Source: Piedraia hortae CBS 480.64 (taxonomy: Eukaryota). Taken from it: a stretch of 64,000 bases of DNA. The notes below the pieces were generated by a model. It was not told the origin of the DNA. It searched no databases and was given only the letters and a program-made list of their open reading frames with translations. The stretch spans positions 205,549 through 269,548 of the forward strand of contig MU005970.1 of the NCBI GenBank assembly GCA_010093745.1, in the 5' to 3' direction. Positions 33,716 through 45,500 of this stretch are shown here, in pieces. The position numbers were made by a program, and so were the translations under genes. Numbering within the stretch: position 1 is the first letter of the stretch; every line of letters begins with the position of its first letter.

Positions 33716-35075
33716 ATGTCGCATCTGCCGGGGACAGGGGTGAGTTATTGCGGAGAGATAAACAAAGCGCGTAGCTAACGTTTGACAGCCGGCCGCGATC
33801 CACGGAACTCCATATCCACCGCATGCTCAGACTCTGGGAGGGACACCGGCCCTGGTGCCTGATGTGCCCATCAATGCCGTCTTCCTTGGCCTCTTCCTGT
33901 TGGCCGGAACGCTCCATCTCGCGACGTTGCAGACGAACCACCAGCGCGGCCGAACATTTGGCGTTAGCACCCTCATGGTGGTTTTCTGCGCCATACGGGT
34001 GGTATCGATGAGCGTGCGCGTAATCTGGTCTAGCTTTCCGCACATAGTTGGGCTTGGAATCGCCGCGATAGCGTTGATATACGCCGGCGTCGCCTTCCCT
34101 CTCATCGCAAACCTCATCTTTACCTTACGCATCTTGCGCGCCCAGCATCCACATCTTGGATGGTCACGCGTTGTCAGCATGGGCTTCAACGCTCTGATCG
34201 CTACCATTGTCGCGACTGACTTGTTGATGATGATTGTGGTAATATACGCCTTCTTCACGCACTCGATAGGTTCGTGGAAGGCAGTCCGCATCATCCAACT
34301 ATATGGCGAGACATTCTTTGCAGCAACTGCCTTTTTGCCTATCATGACGGTGTTAGTATCCACAATAGGTAGGGGCAGTTCCCGCGCACGAACTCGACGT
34401 CCAATCGACCGATTCGGGGCCGGACGCATGCGCCATAAAATCCTCCTTGTCCTCGCCTCAGCTATCCTCTTAACCCTCGGCTCGACATGGCGCGCCGCCA
34501 CACTCTGGCTTCCAGTACACAAGCACAGATGGTACAGGTCCAAAGCCTGTTTCTACATCTTCACCTTTGCCATGGAGCTCTCTGTGACCCTTCTCTGGTC
34601 AATCGTGCGGGTAGATAAACAGTTCCACATTCCCAACGGAGCCCAGGGCCCTTACTCTTACGGCGGAGGCGGTTTTGTCTACGCTGGCGAAGGCCGCGCA
34701 CCGAACAAGACAGAAATGAGAAACATGGCGCCCCTGACCCATTCCCGTGGTCCTTCGCTCTTCTCCAACAACTGGGGCAACAGCCGCACCTCGCTCATCC
34801 GCTCCAGCGGTGTCTCGTGGGGCGGTCTCACTCGTGACGAAGTCCGGCCCAGCGTTGCGGAGGATGGGGTGCATGTCGTGCCTTATCAGGCGTTTGACGA
34901 TGATATTGCGAACCTCCCCGGTGGACCGGAAGATGCGGCGCGGCTTCATGCTGCGGATGTGGGAATCACTGGTCCTGGAGGTGAAATGGGCTGGAATGCC
35001 AAGACTGGCAGGTGGGCCTTGAGGCCAATCTCCCAGTCGCCTGCTAGACCGGAGAGTATAAGGTACCATGTGTAA
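33716..35075 (+). CDS. Multi-pass membrane protein, DUF3112/RTA1-like
   Basis: Exon 1 MSHLPGTG, intron GTGAGT..GCTAAC..CAG; LGGTP, FCAIR, WYRSKACFYIFTF, RVDKQFHIPNG. Confidence 0.75.
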
Positions 35076-35242
35076 TTTCTTGTTGAGCCTTCAGCGAGTA
35101 CGAATTTCTTATTGTATACTTTTGTGGAAGGTTCGGTTCACCTTGGGACAGCATCTGGGATTGCGTGAAAGATTCACAAGGCGCCTATTCTCGAGCCTAG
35201 AAACTACTTACGCGACGCAGATATCTCTCCCATAAGAAACAA

Positions 35243-37498
35243 TCACAACTTTGCCTTCCCCTCAAACAACCCTCTCCCCACCCGATCAATCAGTGCAAAA
35301 ACACGTTTATTAACAAGCATGCCATCCCTCCTATTCTTCCCCTCGCGTCGACTCTGATTGATCCTCTCACAGAACAGCCACAACGGCTGGACATCCGCAC
35401 CCTCATCCTCACCTGGAACGGCAAGGTTCCCTCCAATTCGCCGTGGCATCCACGCCGGATCCAGCTTTACCCTTCCCTGTGCATCGACGAGGAGAATCCC
35501 CGTGGTGCGGGAGCGGGAGAATGCATTCTTCAATGCCTCTTTATTGACGGACTCGTAGTAGGAGAGCTCGCCTTGGTGGTAGAGGGTTTTGCCTAGAAGT
35601 TGGGCGGCGGATTCGAAGGATTTGAGGGTTGGAGGGGTGGAGGTGGTGGGATCAGGAGGGCAGAGCATGAATAATGCTACACTGCTGAGCCAGCTTGTTT
35701 CGATAAAAGGCCAGAGGAGGAAGCAGTAAAAATCAAAGTTTTCGCGTCCGGAGGTCACTTCGTTTGGATGGAGAGCGACGGTGTTGATTGTGATAGGGTC
35801 GTTTCGCGTGCTGATCAGGACTTGGTCTTGTTCGAGACTGGAGAGGGTTTCTTGGAGATTTTCGTCGAGACCGGTTGTGGGGAAGATGAATTCGGTGCGG
35901 AAGAGTTGGGAGAGGAAGGAAACGTACTGCCGGAGTTCGGGGTAAGAGAGTTGTTGGTTCTCAGGCCCACTGCCTAGCTTTACGCGTGTGTAGACTGCTG
36001 CGCAGACGATTGATTGAAGGATGAATAGATGGATGGTCATGTTGCGGTAGAAGCTCAGTTGGAAGCGGTCGGCGGCGTAGTAAGTTTCTTCTGGCAGGCC
36101 GTCGATGCGTCCGACTAGTTTGGGACCTAAGACACCCAGTGCTGTGTCAACTACTGCAGATGTAGGGAGTCCAATGACGTGTGCTACTCGTCCACCCTGC
36201 GCTTGCACGCGTTCAGCCAGCCATTGTACGCGTCGATTGAGCTCTGATTTGCCCACGCCGCGACCACGCAGGGTCAGCAAGACGGTCCCCACCAACGCCG
36301 TTGGCATCACGACTGAGACATTGTTAATGTCTGAGAGCACTTTGTAGCCTAAGGTGGTGAGCAAGTGGCGTCTGCGAGCAATTTGCGCCGTGGACTCATC
36401 GCGCGTTGCAGCCGCAATGGGAGGAGTTAACTTCTGCCATCTCGTAGTCTCGTCCATGATATATTCTTTCAACGACCATGGCTCGCGAAAGCGAACATCT
36501 ACGCGGCCCAGTTTCAATGACAGAACACTCGAGGACGACAGAAACGACCGTAGATCTTCCTTTCGCTTGGGCTGACCAAGTAGCTCGCTGATATAGGAGT
36601 CTACCTCGATGACCTTGTCGTATTGTGTGCTGACGGGACAGATCATAGCATCATCCACTTGTCCGGAGAGGACGCTGTCCAGCAGAATGCCTAAGATACC
36701 AAACTTTGGCTGCAACAACTTTCCCGTCCGCGAGCGTCCGCCCTCGACAAAACACTCCATATTATACCCGTGCTGCAGCAACGTATCAACATAGGCATGC
36801 ACCAGCGCCGTGTATAGTTGATCATCGCCAAACGAGCGACGGATATACATGGCGCCAGCGTGTTGCAGAAAGGGCCCGATGACCGGAAAGTTGAGATTGT
36901 CTCCGGCCACCACTGTGGGAAGGCCGAGTCCAAGGCGGAAGCAGATGACTTGCATAGACACATAGTCGATGTGAGATTTGTGACATGGCAAGAAGATAAT
37001 CGAATGTCCCTTCTCAGCCGCCACCTTTGCTGCTTTGGTCAGCTGGTGCACCTCATCCTCGTCCACGTGGATTCCCTGATGGTATGCCCGCGTCAGGAGC
37101 TGTGTACATAGGTAGTATGCGGAGCGGATGAATGACTTTGATTCAAATTTGCATATCATTTGGTCTGTCCACGTCTCGGCGACTTCATAGAGCTGCCGTT
37201 CAATCTCCTCTCGCCGACGATTGCGGCTGTTTTCAGTCGGCCACTGACCTTCCTTTACTTCCTTCTCCGTCCGCATCTTGGCCAGCTGATTTATCTTTTC
37301 CTTCAATTTCGGCTGGGCGAGGACCTGCTTCATCATCTTCTCGGTGAAGCCCGTGTAGAACAGTCTTTGGCCCACAACATCATCGTACCGCCGCCATCCC
37401 GCGCCAGCGGCATGTAGACGCAACTCGTGCAAAGCACCGAGGGGATCCTTGCGAAAACGCGCATACGGGGCCAGAAGCGAGCCTTTGGTAGCGTCCAT
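35243..37498 (-). CDS. GPAT/DHAPAT (PlsB/GNPAT-like) acyltransferase ending in -AKL (start uncertain)
   Basis: HKSHID (HX4D), GAMYIRR, FVEGGRSRTGK, PVSTQYD. Confidence 0.88.
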   Translation of the reverse strand: MDATKGSLLAPYARFRKDPLGALHELRLHAAGAGWRRYDDVVGQRLFYTGFTEKMMKQVLAQPKLKEKINQLAKMRTEKEVKEGQWPTENSRNRRREEIERQLYEVAETWTDQMICKFESKSFIRSAYYLCTQLLTRAYHQGIHVDEDEVHQLTKAAKVAAEKGHSIIFLPCHKSHIDYVSMQVICFRLGLGLPTVVAGDNLNFPVIGPFLQHAGAMYIRRSFGDDQLYTALVHAYVDTLLQHGYNMECFVEGGRSRTGKLLQPKFGILGILLDSVLSGQVDDAMICPVSTQYDKVIEVDSYISELLGQPKRKEDLRSFLSSSSVLSLKLGRVDVRFREPWSLKEYIMDETTRWQKLTPPIAAATRDESTAQIARRRHLLTTLGYKVLSDINNVSVVMPTALVGTVLLTLRGRGVGKSELNRRVQWLAERVQAQGGRVAHVIGLPTSAVVDTALGVLGPKLVGRIDGLPEETYYAADRFQLSFYRNMTIHLFILQSIVCAAVYTRVKLGSGPENQQLSYPELRQYVSFLSQLFRTEFIFPTTGLDENLQETLSSLEQDQVLISTRNDPITINTVALHPNEVTSGRENFDFYCFLLWPFIETSWLSSVALFMLCPPDPTTSTPPTLKSFESAAQLLGKTLYHQGELSYYESVNKEALKNAFSRSRTTGILLVDAQGRVKLDPAWMPRRIGGNLAVPGEDEGADVQPLWLFCERINQSRREGKNRRDGMLVNKRVFALIDRVGRGLFEGKAKL

Positions 37499-38102
37499 GG
37501 TGTCCGTTGTAATCATCTGGACGAAACGACCGAGGTCCAGCCAAGTCGCATGCGCCAACCTATCCTACTCCCATTTCAAGCTGCAAACGCCTTCTACCAC
37601 GCCATCCCTCTTCTCTCCAACATTCCTGCTCTCACTCGATGCCAGGTCGTCGACCCTGCATGGTCGAATTGTCGTCTGTGTGCACGTGACTCGGAGAATT
37701 TTGCCCGCACTAAAAAGTGACAGCCGACGTCGACCTAAACCTGGTGCCACGGGAAGATGGAAGCAATGAGAAAATTCTGGTGTGGGACTCTGACTAATGC
37801 GACATGACTCGTATTGGTTGACAGAATCGTCATCTTCTTTCTCCAATCATGTCTCATGCACCACGTGGGTGACTAACTTCTGGGCTAAAGAATGAGACCC
37901 CCACACGGAGGGGCCGTTTGCTATTCATTCTTCATGACATGAACTCAATGTACTGAGTTAGGGCGCATCTTCTCTCACATTCCAGTGCATAAGTGTCGCA
38001 ACGAGCAGTAAGGTTAAAGATATGCTTCAGAACTGGGTATGTCTGAGAGTGTAAATTGTCCCGCTCTCTGGAACCTCCCTACTTTTTCCGCCCCACCACT
38101 AG

Positions 38103-38396
38103 TGTCAGAACAGTACATTCATTACGTGTCGACTCTGTTGTGCTAAGCAGGCTCTAGGTTTCATTTTCATTGAGTGAGTAGGGTACGAGTAGGACGCGCA
38201 ACCTTTTTACCCACCCACCCTTTGCTAGGAGAAAGAGCGGGGCATTGGACGTGTACTTGCCGATTAACAGAGTGAGGCATTGGTCGTGTACTTGCCAACA
38301 TTCTGAGTATGATCCGAGTCAAGTAAGTCTGCTTACTCGCAGCGTGGTAGCAAACAAGTATATATTGTGCCTGTTTCCCACCTCTGCTTCTGCACA
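38103..38396 (+). mobile_element. Possible decayed solo LTR
   Basis: TGTCAGAA...TTCTGCACA ends, CTAGGTTT motif and a TATA-like box; no TSD seen. Confidence 0.3.
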
Positions 38397-39134
38397 CCAT
38401 TCTCATGAAATGCCTCTGAAGTTTAAAGGCGTTTCACACTCTATCAAACAAGCGCAAGCATGACGACAACATCAGGGACATGCATCCGTCGCCTTGCTGG
38501 CTCTTGATGATGGACTCAAACCAAGGTATCGTTGTCTTGTCGATTTCTATAGGAGTATTCGATGAAGTTAGGCAGCTGTCTGCACCTTTCGGCCTGCACT
38601 GGCCCGGTGCTCTTAGGACGTCACTCGACAACGTTCAACACTTGAGACTGGGGCCATTCCTCTATCAAGGACTATGAATCTGAATCAATCCTCATCCGCC
38701 AAGAAAGCTTCTGATCTGATACACCATCATGATATCAGTTAACTTTTTGGGAATAGTTCACGAGATCTTGGACTCGCTTCGGAGGAAGGCTAATACAAGA
38801 TAGGCCCACAGCAATGTTAAGCTGTGGCCTTACCTGGAGCCCTGCGTGGAGGCTTTGGAGGATACTCACATTGCAGAAAATGCGAAAATGACTCCTGGCA
38901 ACGCTTCAAGACGATCTCACAACAGCAAGGACGGGCCTCCGGCACAAGCAAGGGGAATACAATCACAGCCTCTGGTTTTCCTCCGTCTCGTCGCCCGGGA
39001 GGTGGAATTACTACTGCAACGGCCCTGCAGGAATGTTCCAACTGTCTCTCGTCGGCGAGGTCAAAGACCTCGATCATGGACCTCGGACCGTATCGAGGGA
39101 TACCTGTTCAGCGACAACCTAAAACACTTGACAG

Positions 39135-39340
39135 GGGAGGCGTGGTTGTCCAAAACACTTGAATGAGAAAGAGAACGGCGGCTTTGTGAGCGGCTGGCCC
39201 GCTGCACAACGCCGCCGCTTTTCCTTGACTTCCCTGGGAGGCATGGTTGTTCAACAATCTTGAACTAGAGGAAAAGTGGCGGCGTTATGAGCGGTGCCTC
39301 GCTGCATAACGCCACCGCTTTTCCTTGACCCTCTTGGGAG
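39135..39340. repeat. Two tandem ~100-bp units, each containing a long palindrome
   Basis: GGGAGGCRTGGTTGT...AACGCCRCCGCTTTTCCTTGAC repeated at 39135 and 39236. Confidence 0.9.
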
Positions 39341-39528
39341 CCGCCTTCCCTGCGTCAGAAGAGAAGCCAACATTTCCTTCTTTGCGACTTCATCCTAGGA
39401 AATCGGCAAAGGTTCTGCTTCGATCACCAAGGGTCCCGCCCCATCAATGCCGGACTGGCCCCAAGTGACGATCTATCTCTGCGGGGAGCCCTTCAACTTT
39501 GTTGCGTATATACATTTGGATATGGTAA

Positions 39529-39618
<90 letters not shown>

Positions 39619-39638
39619 GAGCAGCAGCAGCAGCAGCA
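39529..39638. repeat. Compound microsatellite (TAG)30 followed by (GCA)6
   Basis: Direct read. Confidence 0.98.
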
Positions 39639-40194
39639 TGAACTCATTATTATCTGATTGTTCTTGTCCCAAAGGCAGGAACGCCTGTCTCCCACTGTGG
39701 CTATTGCACAAGAGAACCTTCCCATGAAGGTTCACAAAGGTGATTGTTCATCCGAATACTCATTTTGTCGAATACAGCACCCACATCACAAGATAAACAT
39801 AATCGCTGGGCCTTCCGACAAACTCAAGGTTTGTATGACGGTGAACCTAGGCTGAAGCTATGATATGAGCCCAAGTCTCGAACAAACGAATATGCCCCTA
39901 AGATTTGGCTCAGAGTGAATTCCGAGGGTTCATAACCAACAGCCGAGCGTGACACACTCGCTGAAAATCATGGTCAATGGGAAGGTATCAAACTTTCTCG
40001 CGCCAGAGAGATAGTGCAGATGCTAGAATCGGACAATGCCCCAAAGCGAATAATTCGAAATTTTAGTTGGGCTCGAGGAAGTTCTTTGGGAAGACTTCAG
40101 ATGTCCGATCCCCGCACCCCGCCACATTGGACATGCACAATGACATCACTTCCACCTCATCCGGTCCGTGCGAAGCTCTACACAACTGAGAACA

Positions 40195-40785
40195 ATGGCC
40201 TTTTACGAAATCCAACACCACATCTTACTCACATCCTCACAACAAGATGAGCTTGCCGAGGCCATCACCAAAATCCACGCAGACCAATTCGGCGCAGTAA
40301 AGCAATTCGTACGGGTTACGTTTACGGATACCTCCAACACGCGCTCGTATATTGGTGGTGAGCAGCAAGGCGAAAACCGAATCGTGGCTCGTGTGCGTCA
40401 TGGCCAGGCTTCCGCTGGACAGGACTGGGACCAGGTGTGTGCGCAAATAAGCGCAGCGTGGCAGTCTGTCGTCGGCGTTGGACTTCCAAAGGTTCGACGC
40501 TCCGAGCCAGATCAAGATACGAGTCTCGGTTCGGTTATTGTGGAGGATTCTGTCATGGGTGGGAGAGAGATCGGGATTCCCGTCCATCGGAATCAATGTG
40601 ACGCGGAGTGGATGAATGAGAATTGGGAAAAGTTGGAGGCGAGGGCGAACGACGGAGACGAAAAATGTCAAAAGGTTGTGGCTGATGCGCGGCAAAGGCA
40701 GTTGTTGGAAGGAAAATTTGGCTGGGAGTCCAAGGAGGCGCAAAGGAGGTTGGAGGAGTATCTTGGTTGGGGTGATGCTGCGTGA
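40195..40785 (+). CDS. Tautomerase-superfamily (cis-CaaD-like) protein
   Basis: MAFYEIQH..LTSSQQDELAEAITKIH..FVRVTF..YIGG..NRIVARVR pattern. Confidence 0.72.
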   Translation: MAFYEIQHHILLTSSQQDELAEAITKIHADQFGAVKQFVRVTFTDTSNTRSYIGGEQQGENRIVARVRHGQASAGQDWDQVCAQISAAWQSVVGVGLPKVRRSEPDQDTSLGSVIVEDSVMGGREIGIPVHRNQCDAEWMNENWEKLEARANDGDEKCQKVVADARQRQLLEGKFGWESKEAQRRLEEYLGWGDAA

Positions 40786-40798
40786 TATGGCAACCCCC

Positions 40799-41583
40799 CT
40801 AATGATGGAGACACTTCTCCCACCCTGTGGCCGTTAGTACCGTCCCAGAAAGAAAATCAAAGACTTACCAGGTAGGCCACAGCCAAACCCAACAAGCAGG
40901 TAAACTAAGAGCACAATTACAACCGTCAACAGCACCATCATTCGGACGTTTTTCCACCACATCTTCCTCTTCAAGCCCCTGCTCCGCATGCGGAAATCCC
41001 TCGCGCTGCCACCCAAGCGATCCGTCTTGTCAACCAACAGATCGATCCTCTCCCCACGGTCCAAGACTCTCTCAATATTCTCCGTCATGATCCCCCTAAC
41101 GTTGTCCAGTTCGCTCTGTACGTTCGCGAACGCATCTCTCTGGCCGGCCTGGGTTGTTCCGTATTCAATCATCAAATGCTTCAGCTGACTATTGAAGGCT
41201 GCAGCGCCATAGGCGGGTAGGCTAGCAAAGTCTGTTCTCTCGGCATCGTATTCTTTTAAGAAACGCTTCTTTACCTCCACCAAGAAGCCAAACGGCACTT
41301 TTCGTCCCAAATCGGCCTTGGCGATGACCAGGTACGTCAGACCCGCACCGCTGAGGATATCGGGACGGGAGGATGATGTCAAGCCATCGGCAATGTAGTG
41401 GATTAGGGTTTGGTCATGGGTGAATGTGAGTTTCTGTGGAGAGCCGTGGTCGATCTTGGGCAGGATGGCCGAGGCTAGCGCCGGTGCGGCTGCGGCCGAC
41501 GGCGTATTGTGTTCGGTGATGACTGTATTCTTGTATGCTATGCACGCGTAGAGCAGCGGCGTGGTCGTAGATGATGAGGCCAT
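40799..41583 (-). CDS. Longin R-SNARE, VAMP7/Nyv1-like
   Basis: Longin domain, MTENIERVLDRGERIDLLVDKT, TM helix; last intron gives GLPGWEKCLHH. Confidence 0.9.
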
Positions 41584-41812
41584 TGTTTTGTGAGGATGTG
41601 TGGTTGTCGCCACTTGCCCTTCCCTTTCAGAAATTCGTCACGTGGAGAACAGGGTTCGTGACTTTGTTCGTCATGCGGGGTCGACGGCTCTGTGTGATTC
41701 ACAGAGCGTGGTGAGGTTCAGAAGGCTCCACCAAACCTCCATGAAGGCTTCCTAATTCACAAAGAAGGAGCTCTAGTAAACGTTCAAAATAGGCTGTTCA
41801 ACGTGTAAAATC

Positions 41813-42069
41813 ATGCTCTGGAGGTATGTCTGTTCCCCATCCCTTCACTGTCACCCAATCGTCTGACTCTTGATAAGCTGGAATAGATTATTCGCCGGCG
41901 CCGCCGTCGTCACGGCCGCAGCTGCGCTGTATGCGAGACAGCAGCGTGAGCAAACACGCAAACGTAATGAAGGCACCTTCCACGTTGACCCTAGTCGCTC
42001 AGGTACGTACACATCTCCCCTCCAGCATCTTCCCGTATTTAACGTGATAACTCAGGTGGTGGGATTTGA
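41813..42069 (+). CDS. 49-aa three-exon microprotein ending RSGGGI
   Basis: Introns 41824-41877 (GTATGT..CTGAC..AAG) and 42003-42055 (GTACGT..CAG) splice in frame. Confidence 0.7.
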
Positions 42070-42547
42070 ACACAGGGCCTTGCCCAAATGCAACCATGTT
42101 GGAACAAATTGTACCATGTATGCTGTAGTTGATGATACCGAAACGATTTATGGCTAGCTCTGTTCACTATGTCTTGGAATACGGCCCCGAGTGAGCACCC
42201 AGTAAAAGATGCCAGGACCTACAAGCACCCATATCAGTTCATATAGGAGCTGCATATTGTCAATATTGACTGCAACTTTCCAGGAAAGGCATCACAATTT
42301 GGCCGATTGCTGATACCAACCTCAACTTTGTTTGAGGGCACCGTCTGGCACACTTGTTCACTTTGGCGCAAATAAGTTCACAAGATGAAATCTAGGAATG
42401 CACATGCTATCAATGCTCGCTACGCAATAGGTACACTGTAATGATTGCTTTGCCCCCAAACCATCAGGAGTGCCCAACGCCCCACTCGAAAAAGTCGAAT
42501 GCCAATCCCGATAATATGCATTGCAGAGTCATGAGATGGCCATTGCC

Positions 42548-45500
42548 TCACCGGCTCGAGTCTTTAGCAACCTCATCATCACTTGTGATTTCCCTCTCTT
42601 TCTTCTTTGGACTGTCTTTCTCCTTTCTCCTCTTTACGTCAACCCGTCTCTTCATCATCCTCTCCTTCTCTTTATCACCTTTCTCACCAAGACCCTTGAC
42701 CTCCTTAAGGACCTCTCCGAAACGCTCCTCGAGGACGTGCATACGCGTAAGGAGGATGCGATTAACCATGCCTTTTTCTTCCTCTTCGGAACGTTTCTTT
42801 TCCTCGCGCATGCGACGTGCGAGCTCGTGCTCGCGGAGGATCTGGTCGCTGAGCGAGGCTGGCATACCGCTGATACCGCCAGCGTCGATGGCGCGGTTGT
42901 CGCCTATTTCCGAGGCCAGGTCCAGTGCTTCCGTGTAGGAAGATCGGTGGCGGAGTTTTGGCAAAGGGAGGGTTCTTTCGCGCACGGGAATAGGGCGCGA
43001 GGGAACTGGTGTTGCGGCTCCCCGTTTGGTTTCTTTGGGTTGTTTCTTGCTCCCGGCTGAAGGCTGTCCCTGCGTCGGTGGCGCAAACAGGACCGTGGTG
43101 GTGGATGTATTACGCGCGTGCCCTCCACGGCTCTGCTGACGCTGACGATGGCCTGAAGGCTTCCATCGGGGTAAACCAGCACCGTGGCTGGGCTGATGAG
43201 CACGCAGCCTTGCTTCTGCTGCCGATGACATACGAATAAGTGGCGATCGACCTGGCCTTGGTGTGGCGAAGTCTTCCTCTTCGCTCTCGTTGGCTTCCCT
43301 CTTGCCAATAGAGGAGGCAATGCTTTCTCCTATTCCTTGCGTCTGTTGGTCGGATTCATCGTTAATCTCGTCATCGCCATCAGCATCGGCATCGGCATCC
43401 ACCGCTTGGTTGAGAGCCCCTTCCTCGATGATTCTTTGCACCTTGCGCTGACGAATAGAAAGGATATCCGGATCGCTTGCAACGCTCCGGGATGCCGTCG
43501 AGAACAACCGACTTCGTGCAAGTCGCAAGCCCGTGGCGGACCGTTTGATGTACGGCCTGCGGCGCTCAAGCCGTTCCAGCACACTTCGTGGTTGCTCAAC
43601 TGGAGGGGATGCTCCGCCTTCATTCTCAGCCTCTTGCATCCAGTTGTCTACCACGTTTGTGGACTTGGGTGTGGCGAGAGAGATATCACGCGGTGTTGTG
43701 CGCATTGTGTTTCCTTTGAACGGTTTGCGGAAGACTTCATCCAAAGCCAAGTCCTTTTTAAAGCTTGCAACAGAAGGCTCGCGGAGTTTCCGGCCTGGGC
43801 TGCCCAAGAGAATGGCAAAGGTCTTTGGTCGACCTCTTCTTTCAATAAGATCCGTCGGCGAGTAAGTCATGCCAGAGAGGATCAAACGCTCGTAAGCGTA
43901 GATGAGGAATAGAATGGGAAAGTGGGTGATCTTGATGATGGTGCGGTTGAGCATGACAAATTTCCTAAATCGAATGACGAAACGCAGGGGACTCAGAGCC
44001 CAGCCGATGATGTTGGAGGGTGCAATGTAGGTGAAGAGCATATCAGACTTGACGGAGGAGATGGTGTTGACCGCGAAGACGAACTGATGTTCCTCGTTGG
44101 CATTCTGGACAATTGCCATGAAACTGTTGGTCAAGACCGTAATGAGGATGGTGACAATGAGGAAATGACACATGACCAAAAAGACGGCGAGAATGATCTT
44201 TCCAAGAAAGTTGTAGACGGGCCATTTTTCCCAAGCAGCTGGTGAGAAGCCCATGACGATCTGGAAGAGAGCATAAGCCACGGCTTTTGCATCGACTTTG
44301 CCGTTTGAGAAAGAAAAAGTAAACGCAACGAAGAAGCCAGAACAGGAAATGATAATGAGGATGAGGATTGCCACCAAATCTTGGGCCATCATGCGAAAGG
44401 CAATCAGCAGTTGCGAAAAGTAGCGGTAGTGATCAAGCACGCTGAATAGGCGTGGAAAGAGCAAGACTGCCGTGGATCCCAAAACATCATACGCCATTCC
44501 CGCTATTTCTTCTTTCCCTTCAGCCACGAAGAGGCCATACAGTCGAAGGCAGTAATAGACCAGGAACAGCATCAAGAAGCCGAGGTCGAAGGCATTCCAG
44601 AAACTCATGATATAAAGACCGAAGCCTTGCTCGGAGAAACCAACCACCTCGTCGAGCATATAGCCCGATGACCATAGCCAAAAGACTAGTTCAAGGCTAG
44701 TAACTTGTACGCTACGGTCGATCAAAACTGCCAAGAACAGTCCCAGCATGATAGCAAAGCTGAAGGTGCCAAAAACCTGTCTGTAAAGGGGAACACGCAG
44801 ACGACTGAGCTTGAACAAAGACGCATCATGCGGGTTATACAGCTGCACCGCTTTCCGAGGTGACTTGCTGTGGTCCATCGTTCCATATTCCGAGGGTTTA
44901 CGATGGAGGTCATCAGCTGTGTTTTGGAAAACAACAGTTCCCGCCCAAATGGCTTGGAGGTGTTGAACGACGAGCGGATGAGCGAGAAAGCGTTTAGCCT
45001 GCGCTCTGATGGCGATCTCGATTGTACTGACACGAGCTGCCCTTGCCTGCAGTCCGTGCGATTTGAGGTCCCGCACGGCCGGAGTGGTGGTCTCCGGCAA
45101 GCCTTGCAATGGATCGAAATCATACGAAAGAGCATCAATTAGTTCCCTGGTGTTAAATTCCTTGAGCAGCCGCAAGGCCAAGAGCTCGCTCATCAGAGCT
45201 CTAGTCGCCAGGACGCCTATCATCTGTGGTTGCGTCTGGCTTTCCTTTCTAAACTGCAGGCAGTTTGCAACCAGCGCACATATTGTTGCCCTGGTCATAT
45301 GATCTTGTTTGATCTGATTCTGCACCGGCTTCACCAGGAACTGACTGATCTGCGGACTTCGCAGCTGGTCCCATGTAAGCATCGTCTCGCAGCGCTTCAC
45401 AATCAACTGTCTAATGGCATGTGTGATGTCGTACAGCGGCAATTTATCGAGATGAGCAGCCGAGAAGATGGGCAAAATCGGCTCTTCATCTTCGTACTCG

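Noticed and set aside
39135..39340. CRISPR-like array
   Set aside because: Eukaryotic context, only two units, and no unique spacers or cas genes
39444..39735. Poly-Tyr, poly-Val and poly-Leu ORFs
   Set aside because: Translations of the (TAG)n microsatellite
42154..42255. 33-aa hydrophobic ORF on the minus strand (MQLLYELIW...)
   Set aside because: No homology cue; likely part of the TRP channel 3' region
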